Origin: Candidatus Peribacteria bacterium RIFCSPHIGHO2_02_FULL_53_20
GTDB lineage: Bacteria > Patescibacteriota > Gracilibacteria > Peribacterales > Peribacteraceae
Reading direction: 5' to 3'
NCBI GenBank assembly: GCA_001787585.1
Contig: MFXW01000047.1
Span: forward strand, 1 to 42,161
DNA length: 42,161 nt
Part shown: positions 9,207-18,392 of the stretch, piece after piece
How positions within the stretch are numbered: position 1 is the first letter of the stretch
Layout of the letters: each line of letters starts with the position of its first letter
Translations under genes and position numbers: made by a program
The notes under the pieces: model-generated
What the model was told of the DNA's origin: nothing
Seen by the model: the letters and a program-made list of their open reading frames with translations, nothing else
Databases searched by the model: none

Positions 9207-10475
9207 ATGAAACCACTCCCGACCGTCTGTATCGTTGGTCTCGGCTACGTGGGACTTCCCCTCGCTCACGGATTTGCAAAAAAAGGCTATCCCACTATCG
9301 GATACGACATTGATGCTGGGCGCATCGGCGAATTGCAGGCGGGACAAGACCGAACGAAGGAATTGAATGCGAAGGAATTGAAAGAAGTGGAGATGCGCCT
9401 GAGCAGTGACCCAAAGATCATTGCTGAAGCGGCTATCGTGATTGTCGCGCTTCCGACCCCAGTCGACGAACGGAACAAACCGAATATCTCGATCCTCAAG
9501 GCGGGCTCGAAGACTGTCGGGGAGAATATGAAAAGTGGCACAATCGTCGTCTTTGAATCTACCGTCTGGCCGGGAACCACCGAAGAAATCTGCGGTCCGA
9601 TTTTGGAGAAGGTCTCTGGGATGAGGTGCGGCAAAGATTTCTTCCTTGGATACAGCCCGGAGCGCATCAACCCCGGAGATAAGAAACACCGACTGCATAC
9701 GATCGTAAAAGTTGTCTCCGGACAAACGCCGGAAGTGCTTGAAACGCTCGCCACGCTTTATGGATCAGTGGTGAAGGCGGGCATCCACAAAGCGCCGAAT
9801 ATCAAAGTCGCGGAAATGGCGAAGGCGATTGAGAATGCCCAGCGTGATTTGAACATCGGCTATATCAACGAGATCGCAATGCTCTGCGGTAAAATAGGCA
9901 TCGCAAGCAAGGACGTGCTCGACGCGGCATCAACGAAATGGAACTTTCTCCGCTTCACCCCCGGTCTCGTCGGAGGGCACTGCATCGGCGTAGATCCGTA
10001 CTATCTTGTGGAAAAGGCAAGGTCGATCGGTATGAATACTCAAGTGATCACTGCAGGGCGCGCAGTGAATGAGGGCATGGCGCAGTTCGTTGCAAAGCAA
10101 GTTCAAGACGCCATAGGGGCAAGCGAGAAACGGATATTGGTCCTTGGACTCACATTTAAAGAAGATGTGCCAGATACTCGAAACAGTAAATCTGGCGATG
10201 TTATTCGTACCCTGGAAAAAGAAGCACACGCGGTGTTGGTGCACGACCCGTACATGTCATCTGCGACAATTAAACGCAACGGATGGAAGCCGGGAACACT
10301 GGAAGAAGGACCGTATGACGCGATCGTTCTCCTCGTGCCGCACAAGGAATATCTCGCACTCGGAACCGAAGGACTACTCGGAGCGACAAAAAACGGAGGA
10401 TTGATCTACGATTTGAAATCAGTGTTGGATGGAAAGGCGATTGCGAAAGCGGGGAGAAAATATCTGGCGTTGTAA
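9207..10475 (+). CDS. Nucleotide-sugar 6-dehydrogenase (UDP-GlcNAc/GalNAc dehydrogenase, WbpO/TviB-like)
   Basis: GLGYVGLPLA, ESTVWPG, SPERINPGD, GGHCIGVDPYYL, GLTFKEDVPDTRNS. Confidence 0.93.
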   Translation: MKPLPTVCIVGLGYVGLPLAHGFAKKGYPTIGYDIDAGRIGELQAGQDRTKELNAKELKEVEMRLSSDPKIIAEAAIVIVALPTPVDERNKPNISILKAGSKTVGENMKSGTIVVFESTVWPGTTEEICGPILEKVSGMRCGKDFFLGYSPERINPGDKKHRLHTIVKVVSGQTPEVLETLATLYGSVVKAGIHKAPNIKVAEMAKAIENAQRDLNIGYINEIAMLCGKIGIASKDVLDAASTKWNFLRFTPGLVGGHCIGVDPYYLVEKARSIGMNTQVITAGRAVNEGMAQFVAKQVQDAIGASEKRILVLGLTFKEDVPDTRNSKSGDVIRTLEKEAHAVLVHDPYMSSATIKRNGWKPGTLEEGPYDAIVLLVPHKEYLALGTEGLLGATKNGGLIYDLKSVLDGKAIAKAGRKYLAL

Positions 10476-10477
10476 TA

Positions 10478-10621
10478 ACCTCCTCCCCTACCCCCTCCTC
10501 CTTCGGAGGAGGGGAATGTGTGCTGTGTGTTGTCTGCATGCAACAAGGAAAACCATACTTATTCACTCTTGAAACAAAGCTCTCTCTCCTCCGAAGGAGG
10601 AGGGAGCCGGAGGGAGGAGGT
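10478..10621. repeat. Inverted pair of REP-like C/T-rich hairpin units between convergent genes (possible terminator)
   Basis: ACCTCCTCCCCTACCCCCTCCTCCTTCGGAGGAGGGG (10478-10514) and its near reverse complement CTCTCTCCTCCGAAGGAGGAGGGAGCCGGAGGGAGGAGGT (10582-10621). Confidence 0.7.
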
Positions 10622-10642
10622 AATACCAGAGAATGTGAAATA

Positions 10643-13270
10643 TCACTCCACCGCCACCACTCCCCCACTCTCTTCCTGCATCTCTTCCCCATTATCCACA
10701 AACACCGTTCCATTCGCGACGATGGATCCAGGACCGAATGCGGGAGAACCGCCACCCGCAGAAAATCCGATCTGATTTCCGACTAACGTGACATTCTTGG
10801 CAACCACATGCCCGCCATCTTCAGAAAGAATTCCCACTGCGCATCCCTGTAATCGTGAATCCTCGATCAATGGTGCAGAGCGATCGGCGACATGAATGCA
10901 GGCTGACGAGGATCCCTCTACGACAACATTACGGATGACAATCGGGGAACCGCGAAGATCAATCGCATGACCGGAAGATGTAGAGACCGCCACGGATTCC
11001 ATGCGACCGGCGAGGGCAGACTCCACGAGCACTCCCCTGCCCGCACTCCCGCGGATCACCGTATCGCGCATATCGACAAATATCTGTGAGAGAGCAATCG
11101 CGCTATCCCCCTCCGCATGATCGACGGTCACGTTGGTAATACTGCCGGGGCTTCCCGCAAGCGTAATAGAACCTGGGAGTTTCTTTCCGCCCGCTCTTCC
11201 TCCTCTTCCTCCAACAACTGTCACAAAATGCAGGTCGCTCGGTTCAGAGGCATCGATAACGGCGATGGTTCCCCATGTGACACCTTCCTTTGCAGGAAGA
11301 ATGCGAATCGGCAGAGCCTCTTCCCCGAGCATCGTCACGGATCCGTAGGAAAGAAGTATCGCACCGCTGCCCATTCGCATCTGCGTTCCCGGCGCGACAT
11401 GCAAGGAGATTCCCGTCGGGATCGCAATGGTGCCCTCGAGCGTCACGGAACCCTTGAGCAGCACGCCACTGCTCCCTTGAGCGGTAAATTGCGGATTACG
11501 ACTGAGGAATTCCGGGCGTTTCATCTGTAGGGGCAATATCGTCCCGTACACGCGATCATCGACGAGAGCCGTGCCGAGTACTTGTCCGTCTCCGCCGGTC
11601 ACCGCATTGCCGATGCCCACCGGCAGAGGCAGCGCGTCCATCGTGATACGAGGCATCGCCGGCGTTCCGACGAGGAAGAACCTGTGCCGGCGGTGCGGCG
11701 GACGCAGCAGTTCACCTTCGGAAGTAACCGCAGGATTGCCCGGCCACAGAAGCCGCTCCTGACCTTCCAAAAATTGCAGCGTGCTTCCGGAAGCGATCAT
11801 AGGGATAGGCAAATCTCCTTCTCCGTAGACTCCATCACCGGTATCGCGAAACACGTGAATCTGACCGCTCGAAAGAATCTCTGCGTACCGTGGCGGAAAG
11901 GTGATCGAAGAAAGCAGACCTGCAACCGGACCGCGGGCATTGGCGTCGATAACGAGCAGTACTTCGCTTTCCTCTGCGGGAATGCGTTCGTTGATCAGCA
12001 CTTCGGCCGAGGCCAATTGCGCGCGGATAGCATCAAGGCTTTTTTTCAATAGATCCTGTTGAGTATTGAGTGCATTACGGACGATGCGGTTGCTCGGCAG
12101 TTTCCACTGATCGCTGTAGAACGGCGCCTCGATATTTCTACGGGTTGTCTGAAAAGATTGCAGATCGGTGCTGGCTTCGATTTGGAGATATTCCTGGAGT
12201 TGTGCCTGTGCACGACTGCGAAGTGCTGGCACGCGCGATGCGGCATCGAGAAGAGGGATACCCGCTGGTGCCAGAATTGATCGCGGTTCGCTGAGGGCGA
12301 TATTCCACGGCACCGGTTCAAAACGTCCGTTGACACTGCGGTAAAGCAGTCGCATTTCATCCGCACGGGCAACGGGATTGCCCATCAGCAACCGCAATGC
12401 CATATACGAGGAAAGCCGGTCGAGATCCATCACCTGGCTGAGTTTTGTCAGATAATCCGGATCAGTTTCTGCTCCTGGACGGGAAAGTTCTATGAGGAGT
12501 CCCAGTGCATCATCAGAAGCGCGAACTTCGGAAGACCCCGACCTTTCCCAATAAGCCGCATCCGGTAACGATTCGGATCCTGCTCCTTGCAGAGAAATCC
12601 TGTAGAGCGCGACATCACCACCCCTCCCCTGACGCTTCGCTGAATCTTCCGACCATCCTTCGCTGCTCAGATAAATCATCGGTCCGCGACCGTTGAGGTG
12701 GAGATCAATGAAAGAAACTTCGGGATGCACGAGCCCCATCATGCGGCTGCGGCGCATCCGGAGGAGATCATTCACCCATTCGCGTTCCTCAGGTAGAAGA
12801 AGTTGCAGCTGCCGCATTCCGTGAAACGGAGCATCATCGGCAAAGCGCACTTCATAGGATTTTTTTGGCCACAACCAATGCGCAGGGGTTTCCCCATGCA
12901 CACGTACATGTACTTCCCACTGCTTTCCTTCGGCAGAAAATACTGCAGGAACCCACGGCGCAAGATCTTCGTTAAATGCGGTCTCCGGCGTGGGAAGGCT
13001 TTGCAATAATCGACCCCACTGATCAGGAGAAATATCCAATGCGTACTGCGGCAATGTCTCTTCGGGCGTTGGTCCCTTGTAAAATGCACTAACCCACCGA
13101 TCAACTGTTCGACCAAACTCCAGAAACGGAGAAAGCCTGCTTGATGTTTCCGCGGAAGGAATCGTCGCAAGCTCCGTACGCAGGAGAACGACTGCATATC
13201 CCGACAGAATAAGAAGCTGGACAACGACCAGTGCAGCTATCCCTCCGATGATTGCCGCTTTTCGGCGCAT
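10643..13270 (-). CDS. Membrane-anchored CotH-kinase-like domain plus C-terminal right-handed beta-helix
   Basis: N-terminal TM; VRVHG...HWLWPKKSYEV...FHGMRQLQL...GRFEPVPWN (CotH-like); C-terminal LHVAPGTQMRM...WGTIAV pectate-lyase-like repeats. Start placed at ATG 13270 because the longer ORF runs into the heptamer element. Confidence 0.75.
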   Translation of the reverse strand: MRRKAAIIGGIAALVVVQLLILSGYAVVLLRTELATIPSAETSSRLSPFLEFGRTVDRWVSAFYKGPTPEETLPQYALDISPDQWGRLLQSLPTPETAFNEDLAPWVPAVFSAEGKQWEVHVRVHGETPAHWLWPKKSYEVRFADDAPFHGMRQLQLLLPEEREWVNDLLRMRRSRMMGLVHPEVSFIDLHLNGRGPMIYLSSEGWSEDSAKRQGRGGDVALYRISLQGAGSESLPDAAYWERSGSSEVRASDDALGLLIELSRPGAETDPDYLTKLSQVMDLDRLSSYMALRLLMGNPVARADEMRLLYRSVNGRFEPVPWNIALSEPRSILAPAGIPLLDAASRVPALRSRAQAQLQEYLQIEASTDLQSFQTTRRNIEAPFYSDQWKLPSNRIVRNALNTQQDLLKKSLDAIRAQLASAEVLINERIPAEESEVLLVIDANARGPVAGLLSSITFPPRYAEILSSGQIHVFRDTGDGVYGEGDLPIPMIASGSTLQFLEGQERLLWPGNPAVTSEGELLRPPHRRHRFFLVGTPAMPRITMDALPLPVGIGNAVTGGDGQVLGTALVDDRVYGTILPLQMKRPEFLSRNPQFTAQGSSGVLLKGSVTLEGTIAIPTGISLHVAPGTQMRMGSGAILLSYGSVTMLGEEALPIRILPAKEGVTWGTIAVIDASEPSDLHFVTVVGGRGGRAGGKKLPGSITLAGSPGSITNVTVDHAEGDSAIALSQIFVDMRDTVIRGSAGRGVLVESALAGRMESVAVSTSSGHAIDLRGSPIVIRNVVVEGSSSACIHVADRSAPLIEDSRLQGCAVGILSEDGGHVVAKNVTLVGNQIGFSAGGGSPAFGPGSIVANGTVFVDNGEEMQEESGGVVAVE

Positions 13271-13302
13271 CGGAGAAAAGAGTAGCACGAGACTTGTTTT
13301 TG

Positions 13303-13354
13303 GTTGCAGGTTGCAAGTTGCAGAAAAGCGATTTTGCAACCTGCAACTTGCAAC
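13303..13354. repeat. Heptamer-array hairpin element, intergenic copy
   Basis: (GTTGCAR)x3-AAAAGCGATT-(YTGCAAC)x3. The loop is the exact reverse complement of the loop at 8313-8322. Confidence 0.85.
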
Positions 13355-13360
13355 TTTGTC

Positions 13361-14401
13361 TCAGAGAGAGATCCCCTGCTCCCTACAATCCGCCTCCAAC
13401 ATGATCCTCGCTAATTCTTCGATGGTCGTCTTCGCCTCCCATCCCAGCTTTCTCTTCGCTTTCGATGCATCCCCGAGCAAGAAATCCACTTCCGCAGGGC
13501 GGTGATACAGCGGATCGAGCGCAACGATGGTCCTTCCTGTTTTCGTATCGGTGTACGTTTCGTCTTTGCCGGATCCTTTTCTCTCGTAGCGGATATGCAA
13601 GTGCTTCATGCACAGCTCCAGGAAATCACGAACCGATGCCGTGCGACCGGTCGCGAGTACGTAATCCTCCGGCTCCGGCTGCTGCATGATCTTCCACATG
13701 CCCTCGACAAATTCGGGAGCGTATCCCCAATCGCGTTTCGCTTCGAGATTTCCCAGATAGAGACACTCCTGTTTGCCCGCGAGAATGTTTGCGAGACTCA
13801 GGGTGATTTTGCGCGTAACGAAGTTCTCTCCGCGACGAGGGGATTCATGATTGAAGAGAATGCCGTTCACCGCATACATGCCGTAACTCTCGCGATAGTT
13901 TCTCGTGAGGTAGTACGCGTACGCCTTCGCACACCCATAGGGACTCCGCGGATAAAACGGCGTTTCCTCGTTTTGCATAGGACTCGTTGTCTTCCCGTAG
14001 AGCTCGGAGCTGCTGGCTTGATAAAACTTCGCAGGAAGTTTGCTCGTGCGCAGCGCTTCGAGAAGACGTGTCGTTCCGAGCGCAGTGATGTCTCCTGTGT
14101 ATTCCGGCATATCAAAGCTCACGCCGACGTGACTTTGCGCGGCGAGATTATAGATTTCGTCGGGTTTCACATCACTCAGAATACGCAGGAGCGAGTTGCT
14201 GTCGCCGAGATCACCGTAGTGCAGGTAAATAGCAGCATCCGGATGCCCCACATCGGAACAGAGATGATCAATGCGTCCACGGTTGAAGGTAGAAGCGCGA
14301 CGAACCACTCCATGGACTTCGTAGTCTTTCTGGATAAGGAGCTCTGCCAGGTACGAGCCATCTTGCCCTGTAATGCCCGTAATGATCGCTCTCTTTTTCA
14401 T
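13361..14401 (-). CDS. gmd: GDP-mannose 4,6-dehydratase
   Basis: [55 protein letters not shown]. Confidence 0.97.
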   Translation of the reverse strand: MKKRAIITGITGQDGSYLAELLIQKDYEVHGVVRRASTFNRGRIDHLCSDVGHPDAAIYLHYGDLGDSNSLLRILSDVKPDEIYNLAAQSHVGVSFDMPEYTGDITALGTTRLLEALRTSKLPAKFYQASSSELYGKTTSPMQNEETPFYPRSPYGCAKAYAYYLTRNYRESYGMYAVNGILFNHESPRRGENFVTRKITLSLANILAGKQECLYLGNLEAKRDWGYAPEFVEGMWKIMQQPEPEDYVLATGRTASVRDFLELCMKHLHIRYERKGSGKDETYTDTKTGRTIVALDPLYHRPAEVDFLLGDASKAKRKLGWEAKTTIEELARIMLEADCREQGISL

Positions 14402-14413
14402 AAGACTGCGTAA

Positions 14414-14481
14414 GTATTACGTATTATGTATGAAGTATCATGTATATCTATACTTAATACGTAATACATCATACGTAATAC
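14414..14481. repeat. AT-rich heptamer inverted array between divergent genes
   Basis: GTATTAC GTATTAT GTATGAA GTATCAT GTAT-ATCT-ATAC TTAATAC GTAATAC ATCATAC GTAATAC. Confidence 0.7.
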
Positions 14482-14494
14482 TTGATGCACTGCT

Positions 14495-15193
14495 ATGCAA
14501 TTCCTCACTTCCTGGGACGACGGCTATGTTCTCGACCTCAAGGTCGCAGATCTCCTTGATCGGTATAACACAAAGGGAACCTTCTATATCTGTCCCCATG
14601 CCCAGCACAGTGCGGAGATGATGACCGAAAAACAGATCCAGGATCTTTCTCACCGTCACACCATCGGCGCACACTCTCTTTCGCATCCTCATTTGACGCT
14701 GATCTCCAAAGAACGTGCGACCGAAGAAATTCGTGGAAGTAAACAATGGGTGGAAGAAGTGACCGGCAAACCATGCACAATGTTCTGCTATCCCTATGGA
14801 GCGGTGAATCCGCAGATACGCGATCTAGTAAAAGAATCGGGATTCACTGGAGCGCGTACGACGAAAGATCTGGAATTTTCTGCACCCGATCCTTTTCTAC
14901 AGCCGATCACCTTACAAATCTTCCCCTTCCCATATCGCAGGCGTTTGCAGTTGAGCTGGAAAGTGCTCGACCCTCTCGGACCGCTACGAGCCCGTTATTT
15001 GCGCTTACAGAGATTGAAAACGCCGCATAGCGCGATGGGGTCGTGGATGGCGCTCGCAAAATATTTGTATGGGTACTCGAAGGAGACGAACCAGCCGTTC
15101 TTTCATCTCTACGGGCACAGTAGAGAAATCGAGATGTATGGAATGTGGGGGGAGTTGGAGGAGTTTTTGTCGTATGTACATAAAAATTCCTGA
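14495..15193 (+). CDS. Polysaccharide deacetylase (NodB homology)
   Basis: TSWDDG, KGTFY, GAHSLSHPHL, FCYPYG, FHLYGHS. Confidence 0.9.
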   Translation: MQFLTSWDDGYVLDLKVADLLDRYNTKGTFYICPHAQHSAEMMTEKQIQDLSHRHTIGAHSLSHPHLTLISKERATEEIRGSKQWVEEVTGKPCTMFCYPYGAVNPQIRDLVKESGFTGARTTKDLEFSAPDPFLQPITLQIFPFPYRRRLQLSWKVLDPLGPLRARYLRLQRLKTPHSAMGSWMALAKYLYGYSKETNQPFFHLYGHSREIEMYGMWGELEEFLSYVHKNS

Positions 15194-15270
15194 TGATGAG
15201 ATCCTGTTGTATGTATTACTGTATTAATACAGTTCCACAAATATGACCCGAGAATTTCTCCATTGGTCAA

Positions 15271-16314
15271 TCACACTCCATAAAACTTCTCCAGCATCTC
15301 CCTATTCTCCTGTAACCAATCATTCAACTTCTTCAATCCCTCTCGTACGGGCGTCTGCGCCTTCCATCCCGTATCCGCCGCAAATTTCCCATTATCCGCA
15401 ATAAAGATCGGCTGGTCTCCCGGGCGTTCCGGAGAGTGCGCCGGAGATAATTTCTGCCCGAAGTCCTTTTCGAGAATCGCGAAGAATTCCAAGAGTGATA
15501 ATGCATTCTCGGATCCTCCTCCGAGATTATAGGCTTGCCCCGAGCACTTATCGATGTGGGCAATCGCCTGAACGTACGCTTCGATCAGATCATCGACGAA
15601 CAGAAGATCGCGCACTTGTTTGCCGTTACCATAAAGCGTCACCGACCGCCTGAACATCGCCGCAATCATGAACCACGCGACCCAACCCTGATCTTCAATG
15701 CCGAGTTGCCGAGTGCCGTAGATGCATGATTGCCGGAACACGACGGTCTTGAGACCGTAGATGCGGCTGTAATCACGCACGTACTGATCCGCTGCTCCTT
15801 TGCTACAGCCATAAGGCGAGTGGAAATCGAGTGGTTGAGATTCATCCACAGCGCGCAACCCTCCCCCGAATGTGTATCGGTTTTTCTCTTCAATCACCGA
15901 GAGATGCTCCAATGAACCGTAGACCTTGTTTGTCGATGCGTAGATCACGATGGGTTTTTTGCCACTTGCCCGCACCGCTTCGAGGACATTAAAAGTCCCG
16001 AGCGCATTGATAGCGAAATCCGTCCGGGGATCGGAGACAGACGTGGTGACAGCGACTTGCGCGGCAAGGTGCAGAACGACATCTGCCTTTTTACAAAGCT
16101 TCACGAGGAGATCCTGATCTTTCCGAACGTCGCCGCGGTGAATCGTAAGCTGCTTCGCATTTGTAACACCCTGAAGATATTGCTCATTGAGTTCTACTCC
16201 CCTTCTTGAAAAGTTATCGAAGATATCGACCTGCCAGCCTTCACGCAGGAATCGTTCCGCGGCATTCACGCCGATGAAGCCGACACCACCGGTAATAAGA
16301 ATATTCTTGGGCAC
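15271..16314 (-). CDS. NAD-dependent epimerase, CDP-paratose 2-epimerase (RfbE/Tyv)-like
   Basis: ITGGVGFIG, HLAAQVAVTTS, STNKVYG, DFHSPYGCSKGAADQY, RQSCIYG...EDQGWVAWF. GTG 16314 preferred as start. Confidence 0.88.
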   Translation of the reverse strand: MPKNILITGGVGFIGVNAAERFLREGWQVDIFDNFSRRGVELNEQYLQGVTNAKQLTIHRGDVRKDQDLLVKLCKKADVVLHLAAQVAVTTSVSDPRTDFAINALGTFNVLEAVRASGKKPIVIYASTNKVYGSLEHLSVIEEKNRYTFGGGLRAVDESQPLDFHSPYGCSKGAADQYVRDYSRIYGLKTVVFRQSCIYGTRQLGIEDQGWVAWFMIAAMFRRSVTLYGNGKQVRDLLFVDDLIEAYVQAIAHIDKCSGQAYNLGGGSENALSLLEFFAILEKDFGQKLSPAHSPERPGDQPIFIADNGKFAADTGWKAQTPVREGLKKLNDWLQENREMLEKFYGV

Positions 16315-16384
16315 GGGCAAATCGTAGCCGACTGGTGCTTATTTGTCTCTTGTATCTTGTTTCTTCAGCCTGAATACTCTGCCT

Positions 16385-17272
16385 ATGTCGCTCCGTTCCT
16401 CTTTGGGATCACTCTGGTCCAAAGTCAGAGTGCGCGGGAGCCCTTTCCGCGTCATCCGCTGCTATGCAATGCGCATCGCTCATCCACTTGCATACTGTAA
16501 GAGACGGCGCATCGCGAAACGGAAAATCGCGGAGCTGACCCCGGAACAGCAAACACGCCTGCCGGGATTGATCCAAGACGGCTGCGGACCCGCTGGACCA
16601 GATCAAAATTCTGCGATGCTTCAGGAGCTCTGTGCGGAGTTGCGCAGGCGCGCGCAGGAAGTGGAAATCGACATGCAGCAACGACCGGGGAAGAACTTCT
16701 GGGAACGGTTGCAGACGCCGGAGGATCTGCGGAGTGACAGCCTCTTCATCCGTTTCGCCATGCAGCCTGCAGTGCTCAAAATGATGTGCGGCTACTTTGG
16801 CGAGCTGCCGTATTTATCCAGGATTTCCGTGTACCGGTCGCACGGGACCAATAATGCCTCCTGGCAGGATTCACAGTTGTGGCACCAGGATTACGATGAC
16901 CGCAAGATGCTCAAACTCTTCGTGTACTGCACCGATGTGCGCGATGAGCAGGACGGAGAATTCACTTATATCCCGAAAACCATCTCGCAACGCATCAAAA
17001 ACACGTTTTTCCCTGGACGCATTTCCGACGAGGAAATGACGCGACAGGGAGGTACGCAACATGTACGGAAAATCCGCGGTCCAGCCGGTTCCACGTTCTA
17101 CATCGATACGCGCGGCTGTTACCACTTGGGCAGTCGCATGGGAATGGGGCACACCCGCATCGCGTTTGTTGCGAGCTTCATCACGCACGCAAGTCCCCAG
17201 CCGTTCTTCAATGACATTACAATCGTGCATCCGCTTACGGACGTGGAAAAGATGGTACTGCGGTGTCCGTGA
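16385..17272 (+). CDS. PhyH-like Fe(II)/2-oxoglutarate dioxygenase
   Basis: SQLWHQD (HxD), LKLFVYCTDV, GEFTYIP, GPAGSTFYIDTRGCYHLG (distal His). Confidence 0.75.
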   Translation: MSLRSSLGSLWSKVRVRGSPFRVIRCYAMRIAHPLAYCKRRRIAKRKIAELTPEQQTRLPGLIQDGCGPAGPDQNSAMLQELCAELRRRAQEVEIDMQQRPGKNFWERLQTPEDLRSDSLFIRFAMQPAVLKMMCGYFGELPYLSRISVYRSHGTNNASWQDSQLWHQDYDDRKMLKLFVYCTDVRDEQDGEFTYIPKTISQRIKNTFFPGRISDEEMTRQGGTQHVRKIRGPAGSTFYIDTRGCYHLGSRMGMGHTRIAFVASFITHASPQPFFNDITIVHPLTDVEKMVLRCP

Positions 17273-17283
17273 CGCAGTTGAGC

Positions 17284-18315
17284 TTACGATGCCTGTCCGG
17301 ATTTCTCAGCTTCCGCTTGTTCCAGCTTTGCAAGAATCTCCGTAAACACATCGCCCTTCACCGCCGTTGCTCCATCTTTGGCGATGGTAGTAGTGGAAAG
17401 GTAGATGGGATTGGCTCGCAGCACCGCCATCATCTGGCGTGCGAGAGCAAGATCTCCTTGCAAACCGGCAATCTTCATCAGGTGCATGGCATTGTTCGAC
17501 TCCACGCGATCAAAGTTCTTTCGATCAGGTGTGTCCTCAGCAATCTGTGCCTGTGTCGTTTGTAAATCCTCTTCGAGCACCGGACGACCTTCGTTGATAA
17601 GAGTTGCATATTTCGGATCGCCAGCACCAAGAGACTTCGCCCATGTGTACCGGAACGACCCCGCGACATTCCCGCGAGCCTGAAGAACACCATAGAGATC
17701 CCCCGCACGCTCGCAAAGTGCGATCGATTCTTCGGCAATGGCAATGGCTTGCTCATAGTCTCCCTCATTGAATGCGTGCATGGAAAGTTCATAGGCAACT
17801 TTGCCCTGCTGACCGAGTGCCAGAGTGTCATTCTCCGCCACGCGCTCCCGGAGTTCATTGGTCACCCGCTCTGCGAACGCGCGCATTTGATTTTCATTCC
17901 TGCCACGACGGTGATGCTCTACCAAACGAATGAGCACAGGAAGTTTTGCCATTTCTGCAAGCTCAGGTTCCTTGTCCGTCAGTTCTCCCATGCGCCTTAT
18001 TACTGCAGCAAAAAATGAACTTCCACCCGCGAGTAGCGAAGATTGAAAGTTGAAATCTGTGAGTACGTCCGATTGCTGGAAGAGTCGCCGCGCAGTTGTC
18101 TCAACAAATGTATTGGTCAAGGAACCAGCTTCCTTGTACAACTCGTCGAGTTTCTGCAATTCTTGAACAGAATTTGCTTTCTTTGTGAGGAATGCCACAA
18201 GAACGCGATCGAGCTGCATCCCAATATCCACAGACGTAGCTGCCATATCTGGCGCTGCATGTCCTTCCGGCAGTGCGTCCGGTGTTGAGTTTACTTCTGG
18301 AGGCTGTGCAAACAT
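17284..18315 (-). CDS. Hypothetical helical protein with a TPR-like segment
   Basis: 343-aa ORF; GKVAYELSMHAFNEGDYEQAIAIAEESIALCERAGD is TPR-like; it has its own promoter. Confidence 0.65.
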   Translation of the reverse strand: MFAQPPEVNSTPDALPEGHAAPDMAATSVDIGMQLDRVLVAFLTKKANSVQELQKLDELYKEAGSLTNTFVETTARRLFQQSDVLTDFNFQSSLLAGGSSFFAAVIRRMGELTDKEPELAEMAKLPVLIRLVEHHRRGRNENQMRAFAERVTNELRERVAENDTLALGQQGKVAYELSMHAFNEGDYEQAIAIAEESIALCERAGDLYGVLQARGNVAGSFRYTWAKSLGAGDPKYATLINEGRPVLEEDLQTTQAQIAEDTPDRKNFDRVESNNAMHLMKIAGLQGDLALARQMMAVLRANPIYLSTTTIAKDGATAVKGDVFTEILAKLEQAEAEKSGQAS

Positions 18316-18321
18316 AGAACC

Positions 18322-18350
18322 ATATTATAAATAATATGCATATTTGTCAA
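18322..18350 (-). promoter_or_regulatory. sigma70-like promoter, likely leaderless
   Basis: Minus strand: TTGACA (18350-18345), 17-nt spacer, TAATAT (18327-18322), then 6 nt to ATG 18315. An overlapping TATAAT gives a 15-nt spacer. Confidence 0.65.
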
Positions 18351-18392
18351 GTTCTCCAAGCGCAGTGATTGGTCGGCTGGTATTGTTTTTGT

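Noticed and set aside
8292-14481. Short repeat arrays as CRISPR
   Set aside because: The units are 7-9 nt, contiguous or inverted, with no unique spacers and no cas genes.
15218-15233. Perfect palindrome ACTGTATTAATACAGT as a LexA box
   Set aside because: The spacing is CTGT-N6-ACAG, not N8, and it lies between convergent genes. It may be an operator remnant, but nothing supports that.
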